Origin: Octopus bimaculoides
Taxonomy: Eukaryota
Direction: 5' to 3'
Assembly: GCF_001194135.2 (NCBI RefSeq)
Contig: NC_068989.1
Coordinates: 32,620,242-32,676,495 of the forward strand
Length of the DNA stretch: 56,254 nucleotides
Part shown: one piece after another, positions 1 through 12,081 of the stretch
Layout: every line of letters begins with the position of its first letter
Position numbering within the stretch: the first letter of the stretch is position 1
Position numbers and translations under genes: made by a program
The notes under the pieces: model-generated
Database searches by the model: none
The model's input: the letters and a program-made list of their open reading frames with translations, nothing else
What the model was told of the DNA's origin: nothing

Positions 1-360
1 ACAGATGAGCATTATTTGTAATTCAACGGTACAACAGTGTAAGACTACCCTTTCAGATATACTTACATTGTGATTTCTGCAATGTGGTGCATAAATTGTC
101 AAGTAAATGAGACGCATCTTTGCCTCCACTGATTCACTTGCAAAGTGTTGAGTAAAATTATTTCGTTGCAGACCTCCTTTGGGTCTTTTGATTATCACTA
201 CGACACACATAGTCCCCAGTTGGTAACATTGATTTCAAGGCCCTCCTAGATGAGAGACTGGCATTCCACTTAATGTCTATGTTCCATGCTGGCATGGATT
301 GGAGAGTTATTAATGTAGAAATATGGTATCGTAGCTACTAACAGTTGAGGTAGTCTAGAC

Positions 361-418
361 AGCGTCTTTAGATTTCATTATTCTCTTTAACCCGGGCAAA
401 GCCGGGTATTTCTGCTAG
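361..418 (+). mobile_element. Helitron 3' terminus (GC hairpin + CTAG|T)
   Basis: acccgg-gcaaag-ccgggt hairpin at 390-407, then tatttctgCTAG (415-418) followed by T. This is the canonical Helitron 3' end; no matching 5' end is seen. Confidence 0.7.
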
Positions 419-440
419 TATATATATATATATATATACT

Positions 441-1236
441 CACGAGGTCTGATCAATAAGTATCCGGATTGTTGCCATAGTAACGTAGCTAAATTACACA
501 GCGTGAAGCCACTTGGCACAGATTGACCTTGAACTCTGCTGTACATGTGCACTAAGTTTTAACATTCTATTTCACTTCCGCTGTTGAAAGCAGTGCTTGG
601 AGGGAAGGTGTGTAGTGTGTGATCATCACATTAACCATGACAGAGAAAGTTGTCATGGTGATACCTGCTCAGAGGCCTACGCAAAGTTGCAGAAAGTGTA
701 TGAGTCACACATGCTGAAAAAAATGTTGATATCGACAAATGCTCTGGTAGATCCACAACCAGCAGAACTGAGAAAATCATTGCAGATGTGCATGCAGCTG
801 TGAGGGAAAATCAGCAAATCAACATCTGTGAGTTATCAGATTATGTGCAGATTAGCTATGGTTCCATCAATTATCACTGAAGATTTGGGTATGAGACATG
901 TGTCTGCCAAGTTTGTGCCAAAACTGCTTTCAGGTTCTAGATGCACAAGAACGATGAAAACTTTGTGTAGACCTCTGAGCAGGTATCACCAAACTTTTGG
1001 CAAAATTTGATGCAGATTCTCCACTCAACTTTCTCTATCATGGTCACTGCGACAATCACATGGTACACACCTTCCTTCTAAGCACTGCTGTAAACAACAG
1101 AAGTGAGCTAGAATGTTAAACTTAGCGCACATGCACAGCAGAGTTGAAGGTCAATCTGTGCCAAGTGGCTTCCTGCTGTGTGCTTTAGCTTCATTACTAT
1201 AGCAACAGTCTGGATACTTACTGATCAGACCACGTA
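441..1236 (+). mobile_element. Internally deleted mariner (Tc1/mariner) derivative with long inverted ends
   Basis: Ends cacgaggtctgatcaataagtatcc / ggatacttactgatcagaccacgta in TA context. Inverted similarity covers at least 441-652 vs 1026-1236. Internal remnant EDLGMRHVSAKFVPKLL resembles the mariner WVPxxL linker. Confidence 0.85.
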
Positions 1237-1289
1237 TGTAAAATATATATATATTAAATAAAATATATATATATTTTTATATATCTTTT

Positions 1290-1597
1290 ACTTCATTTAG
1301 TTGTAAGATTGCAGCTATGCAACTGTGGTCATATTGGAGCACCACTTTGAAGAATTTTAGTTGAAGAAACTAACACTAGTACTTATTTTTCTTTTAAGCC
1401 TGTTACTTATGCTGTCAGTCCCTCTTACACAACTGCTAAGTTATAGAGGACACCAACACCTGTTGTCAACTGGTGGTGGGGGACAAACTCAGGTACTATG
1501 TGTCACACACACACATATATATATATACATGTGTTTTATGTATATATATATATACACATTTATGTATGTATATACATGTACATGTGTGTGTGTGTTT

Positions 1598-1634
<37 letters not shown>

Positions 1635-1690
1635 GTGAGCACATAAGTGTAAAACAAGGTGGAAAAAATAGTACTCAAATACCAAACGCA
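1290..1690 (-). mobile_element. Diverged tRNA-derived SINE, family A, with expanded TA/CA microsatellite
   Basis: Reverse complement matches the body and tail of the copies at 15647 and 27042 (acaactgctaagttatagaggac...ttgtcaactggtggtgggggacaaac). TA/CA tract at about 1503-1632. Confidence 0.6.
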
Positions 1691-1703
1691 GAGTAATATG
1701 CTT

Positions 1704-1995
1704 TTATCACAAGACTGTTCTTCGGAGTTTCATGTTCCCATTTGTTGGACAGTTGTGATGAAAACTGAATTAAAATTGTGATGGTACATGTAATATAGTG
1801 TGATGTAATGTAATTCAAATTCACAAAAAACACTTAGATTTGATTGGTTAGATTTCAAATTTAAATGCTTATTTGTGTATTTGAATTACATTACATCACA
1901 CTATATTACATGTACCATCACAATTTTAATTCAGTTTCCATCATAACTGTCCAATGAACGGGAATGTGAAAATCTGAGTAACAGTCTTATGATAA
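1704..1995. repeat. Fold-back (near-palindromic) element, about 290 bp
   Basis: ttggacagttgtgatgaaaactgaattaaaattgtgatggtacatgtaatatagtgtgatgtaatgtaattcaaat (left) is the reverse complement of the right arm with few mismatches. Centre near 1849. Confidence 0.85.
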
Positions 1996-2057
1996 TTTTG
2001 TAGCTTTAATAAAAGTATATATCTATATATATATATGCATATATACATATATACATA

Positions 2058-3273
2058 TGGAAGCAAGGTCTAGAACTGAAGGGCCTTAGAGTCAACCTAG
2101 CTAAAACCAAAATCCTAATAAGTAGGAAGGTAGATAAAACACAAACCCCTTCAGGTAGATGGCCCTGCTCAGTATGTAGAAAAGGAGTAGGTAGTAACTC
2201 TATAAGATGTACCCGGTGCAAGCTATGGACACATAAGAGGTGCAGCAACATCAAAGGCAGGTTAACTAGCAAGTTAGTTTTTGTTTGTGGCAGATGTTCA
2301 GGTGCAATAAAGACTGTAAACAAACAGGAAACAACTTCTATCTCATTCCAGGGTGAAAAACTAGAGGTNNNNNNNNNNNNNNNNNNNNNNNNNNNNNNNN
2401 NNNNNNNNNNNNNNNNNNNNNNNNNNNNNNNNNNNNNNNNNNNNNNNNNNNNNNNNNNNNNNNNNNNNNNNNNNNNNNNNNNNNNNNNNNNNNNNNNNNN
2501 NNNNNNNNNNNNNNNNNNNNNNNNNNNNNNNNNNNNNNNNNNNNNNNNNNNNNNNNNNNNNNNNNNNNNNNNNNNNNNNNNNNNNNNNNNNNNNNNNNNN
2601 NNNNNNNNNNNNNNNNNNNNNNNNNNNNNNNNNNNNNNNNNNNNNNNNNNNNNNNNNNNNNNNNNNNNNNNNNNNNNNNNNNNNNNNNNNNNNNNNNNNN
2701 NNNNNNNNNNNNNNNNNNNNNNNNNNNNNNNNNNNNNNNNNNNNNNNNNNNNNNNNNNNNNNNNNNNNNNNNNNNNNNNNNNNNNNNNNNNNNNNNNNNN
2801 NNNNNNNNNNNNNNNNNNNNNNNNNNNNNNNNNNNNNNNNNNNNNNNNNNNNNNNNNNNNNNNNNNNNNNNNNNNNNNNNNNNNNNNNNNNNNNNNNNNN
2901 NNNNNNNNNNNNNNNNNNNNNNNNNNNNNNNNNNNNNNNNNNNNNNNNNNNNNNNNNNNNNNNNNNNNNNNNNNNNNNNNNNNNNNNNNNNNNNNNNNNN
3001 NNNNNNNNNNNNNNNNNNNNNNNNNNNNNNNNNNNNTGGCACATAAAAGACACCATTTCGAGCGTGGCCGTTTTCGTGCGGGTGACACGTAAAAGCACCC
3101 ACTACACTCTCTGAGTGGTTGGCGTTAGGAAGGGCATCCAGCTGTAGAAACTCTGCCAAATTAGACTGGAGGCTGGTGTTGCCATCCGGTTTCACCAGTC
3201 CTCAGTCAAATCGTCCAACCCATGCTAGCATGGAAAGCGGACGTTAAACGATGATGATGATGATGATGATGAT
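2058..3273 (+). mobile_element. 5'-truncated RTE-clade LINE (RT C-terminal part, gap, 3' UTR, (GAT)n tail)
   Basis: 2058-2368 reads WKQGLELKGLRVNLAKTK...WPCSVC...CTRCKLWTHKRC...FVCGRC...FQGEKLE in one frame. The 3' end ggaaagcggacgttaaac(gat)n lies at 3037-3273. Confidence 0.9.
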
Positions 3274-3278
3274 ATATA

Positions 3279-4973
3279 CTAGCTGACATACCTGATAATT
3301 CCCAGAAAAGCACAGCTTATCTTTTGGTTCTGTTCTCATAATTGTTTTGCTAATCCAATAACAATACAAAGTATGTAGCAGAGAATACCAAACTGTCTTA
3401 CATAGGATGTTGTTTTTAGGAAATTCCAATAAATTATGAATATCCAAATTGTGAAGTCAGTTACATAATAACATGAAATTTGTTACCCAATAGTAAGAAT
3501 TCAAATATAGTAGCCCTGAAAAGGGCTTTAATGCGTTCCCAGAGTATATAGAACTTAGGAGGAAATACCAATGAGGTATGTGTACTAAAATCGTGAAGCA
3601 TGTTACATAATAACAGCTAATCAGATATGAGGTAATAACAATTCAAAGTAAATAACTCTGAAAAGCGCTTTTGTGCATTTCTAAAGAATATTACCCTCAG
3701 GGGTGCTAGTGTTGAAAGAGATGAAATAGATTTACAATGAATGTAGAAACATTTTGACATTTAGTTTTACAGTAGACGTACAAATAAATTTGCATATTGA
3801 TTTTAAAATAAAATAACATGTAGATTATCAATACATTTACAACACGTACGAAAACATCAACACAGCTATCAATATGAATTAAGAAAATGTTCCTACATGG
3901 AAACAGTGTGTGAATTGTATGAGTACAGTGCAGATTGCAATGTTATTGATAGATAAATGGCGATTTCTGTCTGCTTGTGTGGTTGGTTGTTACATAGAAT
4001 ACATCATTACAAAATATTAACACATCTATCAATATAAATTAAGAAGATGTTCCTACATGTAAACAGCATATGACCTTTATGGCAGTGCAGATGACCAGTG
4101 GACGGAAAAGAAAAATAATGGATTTTAAATGGGTTATTTCCCCTTAGCCGTTAAAGAAAAGTAAAGGATACATGTTATGAAAACACGAACACAGCTATCA
4201 ACATGAATTAAGAAAATGTTCTTACATGTAAACAGTGCGTGAACTGTATGAGGACAGTGCAGATTGCAAGGTTATTGATTTATAAATGGCAATTTCTGTC
4301 TGCTTGTTAAATAAAGTACATCATTACAAAACATTAACACAGCTATCAATATAAATTAAGAAGTTGAACCTACATGTAAACAGGGTGTGACCTTTGTGAT
4401 GACAGTGCATTCGTCTAAAAGCAGAAGTTCTTCATGCAGCGCTTGTCAATTGGCTGAAGTGACATGAAAGGCATCGTCATTCATGGTATATTCGTGAATA
4501 AATCACTAACTGAAATAAGTGGATCTACTGTTTAGGAAAATATTATTTACTTGTTTAAGGGTTGTACTGGGTAAATTGCGAAAATAAATCTAACAATTCA
4601 AATACTCAGAAATAAATAAACTTGATTTATACCAAATGAAATCACTGACCTTGTCTGAAAATTTCTTGTCAGAAAATTCACATAATGTAGAATGCTTGTT
4701 TAATAAATCGAGAAGTATTTATTATATATTTTTTTCATATAATATGTACAGGAAAAATGAATGGGTTCTTTCCCTTGGCAGGTAATGGTTATATATGCAG
4801 ATCCTTCCTAGGGACTGTAGACATCCAATTATAGATTTTTATTAAACTTCAAAGAGCCTAGTAACAAACTGTATGCCACTTTAGCATGTTTGCAAAGTTT
4901 CACAAAAATCCGTTGACAAGTGTAGATAGCAACTTGACAGAAACAGACAACTTGCTTATATATATGTATAAGA
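3279..4973 (-). mobile_element. Non-autonomous Helitron-like element with internal tandem repeats
   Basis: Minus-strand 5' end A|TCTTATACATATATATAAG at 4973 and 3' end ...gtcagCTAG|T at 3279, with a decayed subterminal hairpin. Internal units aacacagctatcaatat start near 3859, 4019, 4188 and 4336. Confidence 0.7.
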
Positions 4974-4974
4974 T

Positions 4975-6600
4975 ATCATCATCATCATCATCGTTTAACG
5001 TCCGCTTTCCATGCTAGCATGGGTTGGACGATTTGACTGAGGACTGGCAAGCCAGAAGGCTGCACCAGGCTCCAATCTGATCTGGCAGAGTTTCTACAGC
5101 TGGATGCCTTTCCTAACGCCAACCACTCCGAGAGTGTAGTGGGTGCTTTTACGTGCCGCCGNNNNNNNNNNCTCCAATCTGATCTGGCAGAGTTTCTACA
5201 GCTGGATGCCTTTCCTAACGCCAACCACTCCGAGAGTGTAGTGGGTGCTTTTACGTGCCGCCGGCACGAGGGCCAGTCACACGGTACTGGCAATGGCCAC
5301 ACTCAAAAAGGTGTTTTTTACGTGCCACCTGCACAGGAGCCAGTCCAGTGGCACTGGCAATGACCTCTATTGAATGATTTTCTAATGTGCTACCAGCACA
5401 AGTGCTAGAAGGCAACGCTGGTAATGATTACGCTCTAATGGTGTTATTTACGGGCCACTAGCACAGAAGCCAGACAGCTGCTCTGGCAATGAACACGCTC
5501 GACAGTGCTGTTAGTGCTCCACTGGCACGNNNNNNNNNNTCAGATTTCAAATTTCAAATTCACTTGACTCAACAGGTCTTCGCAAGCATGGTTTTTAGTG
5601 TCCAATGAAGTAAAGATACGGATTAGTGAGCTGGCCACACTTCTGGCAGAGATCACAGATTATGCTCTCACCTGCCTTGCCGGGTCTTCTCACGTACTAC
5701 ATATTTCCAAAGGTCTCAGTCACTGGTCATTGCCTTGGTGAAGCCTAAATTTCGAAGGTTGTGCTTCACCACCTCCTCCCAGGTCTTCCTGGGTCTACCT
5801 CTTCCACAGGTTCCCTCAACTGCTAGGCTGTGGCACTTTTTCACACAGCTATCCTCATCCATTCTTGCCACATATCCATACCAGCGCAATCGTCTCTCCT
5901 GCACACCACAACTGATGCTTCTTTGGTCTAACTTTTCTCTCAAGGTACTTACACTCTGTCGAGTATGCACACTTACACTACACATCTATTGGAGCATACT
6001 AGCTTCGTTTCTTGCAAGCTTATGCATGTCCTCAGCAGTCACAGCCCATGTATCACTGCCATGTAGCATGGCTGTTCATACATATGTGTCATATAGTCTG
6101 CTTTTACCCTGAGAGAGAGGCCCTTTGTCACCAGCAGAGGTAAGAGCTCTCTAAACTTTGCCCAGGCTATTCTAATTCTAGCAGCTACACTTTCAGTGCA
6201 CCCTCTCCCACTACAAACTTGGTCACCTAGGTAGTGGAAGCTATCAACTACATCTAGTTTTTCACCCTGGAGTGTGGTAAAGGTTGTTTTCTGCACATTC
6301 TCAGTGTTTATTGCTCCTGAGCATCTGCCACATACAAAATCTATCTTGCTAGTTAGCCATCCTTTGATATTGCTGCACCTCTTATGTGTCCATAGCTTAC
6401 ACAGGGTACATCTTATGGAGTTTCTACTTACGCCTTTTCTACAGATCGAAGGGGTTTGTATTTTGTCTACCTTCCTACTTATTAGGACTGATTTTAGCTA
6501 GGTTGACTCTAAGGCCCTTCAATTCTAGTCCTTGCTTCCACACCTGAAACTTCTCCTCTAGTTCTGATAGTGACTCAGCAATTAAGGCAAGGTCATATAT
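4975..6600 (-). mobile_element. RTE-clade LINE 3' portion, degenerate
   Basis: (CAT)n tail at 4975, 3' UTR, ORF pieces EGTCGRGRPRKTWEEVV and YLGDQVCSGRGC. Runs into a gap. Confidence 0.9.
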
Positions 6601-7420
6601 NNNNNNNNNNNNNNNNNNNNNNNNNNNNNNNNNNNNNNNNNNNNNNNNNNNNNNNNNNNNNNNNNNNNNNNNNNNNNNNNNNNNNNNNNNNNNNNNNNNN
6701 NNNNNNNNNNNNNNNNNNNNNNNNNNNNNNNNNNNNNNNNNNNNNNNNNNNNNNNNNNNNNNNNNNNNNNNNNNNNNNNNNNNNNNNNNNNNNNNNNNNN
6801 NNNNNNNNNNNNNNNNNNNNNNNNNNNNNNNNNNNNNNNNNNNNNNNNNNNNNNNNNNNNNNNNNNNNNNNNNNNNNNNNNNNNNNNNNNNNNNNNNNNN
6901 NNNNNNNNNNNNNNNNNNNNNNNNNNNNNNNNNNNNNNNNNNNNNNNNNNNNNNNNNNNNNNNNNNNNNNNNNNNNNNNNNNNNNNNNNNNNNNNNNNNN
7001 NNNNNNNNNNNNNNNNNNNNNNNNNNNNNNNNNNNNNNNNNNNNNNNNNNNNNNNNNNNNNNNNNNNNNNNNNNNNNNNNNNNNNNNNNNNNNNNNNNNN
7101 NNNNNNNNNNNNNNNNNNNNNNNNNNNNNNNNNNNNNNNNNNNNNNNNNNNNNNNNNNNNNNNNNNNNNNNNNNNNNNNNNNNNNNNNNNNNNNNNNNNN
7201 NNNNNNNNNNNNNNNNNNNNNNNNNNNNNNNNNNNNNNNNNNNNNNNNNNNNNNNNNNNNNNNNNNNNNNNNNNNNNNNNNNNNNNNNNNNNNNNNNNNN
7301 NNNNNNNNNNNNNNNNNNNNNNNNNNNNNNNNNNNNNNNNNNNNNNNNNNNNNNNNNNNNNNNNNNNNNNNNNNNNNNNNNNNNNNNNNNNNNNNNNNNN
7401 NNNNNNNNNNNNNNNNNNNN

Positions 7421-8028
7421 GCAATTTCGGCTGGTTATACTCGAGATTGCTCCAATCTGGCCAGCCCCAAGGAAAAATTAAGCTAAGAGCATTAGATTCT
7501 TTGGAAGAAAGCAGTGAATGTATACGAAAACAAGGATGGAAAAAAAACAGAGAATGTTACACAAATACAAATAACAGGACATAACAACAGGTGTCTTTTG
7601 ACTAAGGACGAATTAAATTAAGCTGGTGTGTGTGGAAATAAAGCCTTACGGCAGGGATATAAGATTTCACAGGCACAGGGAGGAATATAGATGTTGCACG
7701 GACGACGGCCGAACCAAGAAAGAAAGATCAGGCTTGGCTGAACACCAGTCACATGGGGAGAGAAGAGAGAGAGGTAGAGGCAGAGGGTCAGAAGAATTAA
7801 GGAAGGGCGAGAAAAAAATGACAGGGACACAGCAAAGTGAAAAGAGGAGGGAAAGTGAGCAAGAAGAGAAGGCAGGGAAATGTGAGCAAGGGGGAATGAA
7901 AGAACGAACAGTGGAATGAAAGAACAAAGAGTGGAATGAATGAATAAGCATAGAAAGAAAGAATAGAGTTGTACAAGATTTAGATAAATATATTCTTACA
8001 TATAAGAGACCAAAGTGTACGTATGCCG

Positions 8029-8030
<2 letters not shown>
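7421..8030 (-). mobile_element. Second, inverted copy of the TA-embedded element (longer CT-rich 5' part)
   Basis: 7421-7781 is the reverse complement of about 8176-8540 with scattered substitutions. Abuts a (TA)n run at 8030; left end lost in a gap. Confidence 0.8.
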
Positions 8031-8060
<30 letters not shown>

Positions 8061-8066
<6 letters not shown>

Positions 8067-8688
8067 CAAAATGGGACAAGAACGCAAAACATCCAGACAG
8101 TTAGGTGATACAAAAAAGGGACAACAAAACATCTAGATAGACGATACAAAGAAAACAAGGATGGGGCATTTGGAGTTTGCCTCTACCTCTCTCTCTTCTC
8201 TCCCCACGTGACTGGTGTTCAGCCAAGCCTGATCTTTCTTTCTTGGTTCGGCTGTCATCCGTGCAACATATATACTCCTCTCTGTGCCTGTGAAATCGTG
8301 TATCCCTGCCGTAAGGCTCTATTTCTACACACACCAGCTTAATTTAATTTGTCCTTAGTTGAAAGACACCTGTTGTTATATCCTGTTATTTGTATTTGTG
8401 TAACATTCTCTGTTTTTTTTCCATCCTTGTTTTCGTACACATTCGCTGCTTTCTTCCAAAGAATCTAATGCTCTTAGCTTAGTTTTTCCTTGGGGCTGGC
8501 CAGATTGGAGCAATCTCGAGTATAACCAGCCAAAATTGCAAAGATAATCTGGAACTCGACTGAGGAAAGAAAACTCCGAATGACCCGTGCTTGTTTTCTT
8601 TGTATCTTCTATCTGGATGTTTTGTTGTCCCTTTTTTGTATCACCTAACTGTCTGGATGTTTTGCGTTCTTGTCCCATTTTGTATTTT
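8061..8688 (+). mobile_element. (TA)n-embedded non-autonomous element with about 99-bp terminal inverted repeats
   Basis: 8061-8159 aaaatacaaaatgggacaagaacgc... is the near-perfect reverse complement of 8590-8688. (TA)n on both sides. Confidence 0.85.
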
Positions 8689-8929
8689 ATATATATATAT
8701 ATATATATATGACAATAAATACAAGGAGTAATAAATCCAGGCAGATATCTTCAAATCACTCAGTATTAAACAAACTTGGTTAACTATATCAAACAATCAG
8801 ATACCAATAAATTCAAATAGTATTAACATCTGAATTATGTTAATTCTCCTATCATGAACCGTATTATCAATCATTTATCACTATCATTCATGCCACTCAC
8901 ATTGTACAGAACTTGATGAGTGAGCAGAC

Positions 8930-10090
8930 ATTTGAGGTTGTGAAATTCTTCTAGACATTTGAAGGATATGATTATCAGTACAGTGCTGGTGTCATGTAAC
9001 TACACCAGCTGTCCTCACCCATATGCATCACATGACCATACCAGCACAGTCTTCTCTCTTACACACTACATTGATGTCTCTTATACCCAAATTTTCTCTT
9101 AAGACACTTACATTCAGTCATACATGCACACTGACATTACCCATCAGCAGAGCATGTTAGCTTTATTCCTTCCAAGACTTTGCATGTCTTCTATAGTCAC
9201 AGCGCATGTTCCACTGCCATGGATGTTTGCACACGCTGGCATCATACAATCTGCCTTTTACTCTGAGGGAGACATCCTTTGTTACCAAGAAAGGTAGAAA
9301 TTCTCTGAACTTTGCCCAGCCTGTTCTTATTCCAGCAGCCATGCTCTCAGAGCATCATCCTCCACTGCTGACTTGGTCACCCAGGTACTGAAAGTTATCT
9401 ACTACTTCTAAGTATCCCTGCCAGGCATTTGATGAAGTCTATTTTCTGCACGTTCTTCATGTTTATTGTACCAGCATATCTTCAATACTACTTTCTCTGT
9501 TAACCTTCCTCTGATACTTCTACACCTCTTATGTGTCCATAGCTTGCACCAGATACACTTTATGGAGTTTCTACCTACACCTTTTCTACATATCAAGCAG
9601 GCCTTTTGATTCCAGGCCCTGCTTCCACACCTGAAACTTCTTTCCTAGTTTTGGTAGTGATTCAGCTACAAGAACAAGGTCATCAACATAGAGGAGCTCC
9701 TAAGGGCAGGCTATCTTAAATTCCTCTGTTATGACAGGGAGGAATACAATGAACAAATGGGGCTGAGAACTAATCCCTCATGGATTCCTAATTATATACT
9801 GAATTCATTGCTATACTTGTTGCCAACTTTCACCTTACTGACAGCATCCCTGTACATGGCTTGTACAGCTCTCACCAACCACTCATCTACCCCTAGTTTC
9901 CACACTGACTATCAGATAAGGGAGCGGGGAACCCTGTCAATGGCTTTTTCCATATTAACAAAAGCCAAGTACAGAGGTTTATTTTTGGCTAGGTACTTCT
10001 GCAGCTGCCTTACCAGCAATATACCATTGGTAGTGCTTCTCTCTGGCACAAAACCAAATTGAATCTCATCTAGACTCTCTTCCTAATTAG
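8930..10090 (-). mobile_element. Older RTE LINE RT relic
   Basis: Minus strand gives KPLYLAFVNMEKAIDRVPRSL...LGVDEWLVRAVQAMYRDAVSK and CRKGVGRNSIKCIWCKLWTHKRC, with stops and frameshifts. Confidence 0.85.
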
Positions 10091-10096
10091 TTGAGC

Positions 10097-10143
<47 letters not shown>

Positions 10144-10155
10144 NNNNNNNNNNGC

Positions 10156-10192
<37 letters not shown>

Positions 10193-11035
10193 TCATCATC
10201 GTTTAACGTCTGCTTTCCATGTTGGCATGGGTTGGACGATTTGACTGAGGACTGGCGAGACAGATGGCTGTACCAGGCTCCAATCTGATCCGGCAGAGTT
10301 TCAACAGCTGGATGCCCTTCCTAATACCAACCACTCAGAGAGTGTAGTGGGTGCTTTTATGTGCCACCGACACGAGGGCCAGACAGGCAGTACTGGCAAT
10401 GGCCATGCTCAAATGGTGTTTTTTTACATGCCACCTGCACAGGAGCCAGTCCAGAGGCACTAGCATCGACCTCGCTCAAATGTTATTTTTCATGTGCCAG
10501 TAAGGCGACGCTGGTAACGATCACACTCGAATGGTGCTTTTTACATGCCACTGGCACGGGAGCCAGTCAGCGGCCCTGGCAACGATCACTCTGGGATGGT
10601 GCTCTTAACGTTCCACTAGCACAGATGCCAATCAGGCGGTGCTGTCATCGACTACGTCAGTGAATTTGATTTCAATTTCACTTGCCTCAACAGGTCTTCG
10701 CAAGCCGAGTTTAGTGTCCAATGGTCTTCGCAAGCAGAGTTTAGTGTCCAATGAAAGAAAGGCATGCATAAATGGGCAGGTTACACCACTAGCATAGGCC
10801 ACAGGTTATGGTCTCACTTGGCTTGCTGGGTCTTCTCAAGTACAGCATATTTCCAAAGGTCTTGGTTACTAGTCATTGCCTCGGTGAGGCCTAATGTTCG
10901 AAGGTCGTGCTTCACCACCTCATCCCAGGTCTTCCTGGGTCTGCCTCTTCCACAGGTTCCCTCAACTACTAGGGTGTGACACTTTTTCACACAGCTATCC
11001 TCATCCATTCTCGCCATATGACCATACCAGCGCAG

Positions 11036-12022
11036 TCATCTGTCTTGCACACCACATCTGATGCTTCTGAAGTTTAACGTTTCTCTCAAGGCACTTACAC
11101 TCTGTCGTGTATGCATACTGACATTACACATCCAGCGGAACATACTGGTTTCGTTCCTTGCAAGCTTACACATGTCCTTAGCAGTCACGGCCCATGTTTC
11201 ACTGCCATGTAGCATAGCTGTCCGTACACATGCATCAAACCGTCTATGTTTTACTCTGAGCGAGAGGCCCTTTGTCACTAGCAGAGGTAAGAGCTCTCTG
11301 AACTTTGCCCAGGCTATTCTTATTCTAACAGCTACACTTTCAGAGCAACCACCCCCGCTACTGACTTGGTCACCTAGGTAACGCAAGTTGTCAACTACTT
11401 CTAGTTTTTCTCCCTGGAATGTGGCAGAAGTTGTTCTCTGCACATTTTCAGTGTTTATTGCTCCTGGGCAGCTGCCACATACAAAAACTATCTTCCTAGT
11501 TAGCCATCCTTTGATATTGCTGCAGCTCTTATGTGTCCATAGCTTACACTGGGTGTTTCTACCTATGCCTTTTCTACAGATCGAGCAGGGCCATCTACCT
11601 GAAGGGATTTGTGGTTTGTTTGCCTTCCTACTTATTAAGACTTTGGTTTTAGCTAGGTTGACTCTAAGGCCCTTCGATTCTAGTCCTTGCTTCCACACCT
11701 GAAACTTCTCCTCTAGTCCTGATAGTGACTCAATAATTAGTACAAGGTTGTCAGCATAGGTGAGCTCCCAGGGGCATCTTGTCTGTCTTGAATTCCTGTT
11801 ATTGCCTGGAGGACTGATAAATAGGAGGGGACTGAGGACTGAACCTTGGTGGACCCCTACCTTTACCTGGAATTCTACACTGTACTCGTTGCCAACCCTC
11901 ACCTTACTGACAGCATCCCTGTACATGGCTTGCACAGCTCTCACTAACCATTCATCTATCCCTAGTTTCCTCAAGGACCACCAGATAAGGAATCGGGGCA
12001 CCCTGTCGAAGGTTTTCTCCAT
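11036..12022 (-). pseudogene. RTE reverse transcriptase fragment (degenerate)
   Basis: MEKTFDRVP...GVHQGSVLSPLLF...LTYADNLVL...YLGD. The catalytic YADD reads YADN, and frameshifts are present. Confidence 0.9.
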
Positions 12023-12081
12023 GTTAACGAAGGCCAGGTACAGGGGTTTATCTTTGGCTAGGAATTTCTCCTGCAGCTGTC

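Noticed and set aside
1361-1696. ORFs rich in YI/HT/CV dipeptides (also 10091-10288, 21808-22020, 34548-34760)
   Set aside because: They are translations of TA/CA/ATT microsatellites.
2006-3195. Long ORFs spanning N runs (also 6570-7481, 24141-24734, 29915-30706, 54423-55490)
   Set aside because: Their length is an artefact of translating gaps as X.
5072-5262. Exact direct repeats flanking 10-N joins (also about 28515-29097, 54011-54106 and 10095-10190)
   Set aside because: Identical sequence either side of a fixed 10-N spacer indicates unmerged contig overlap, not biological duplication.
8566-8590. CTGAGGA...CCGAAT as a hammerhead core
   Set aside because: Stem II does not pair convincingly, GAAA is broken, and no stem I or stem III is present.
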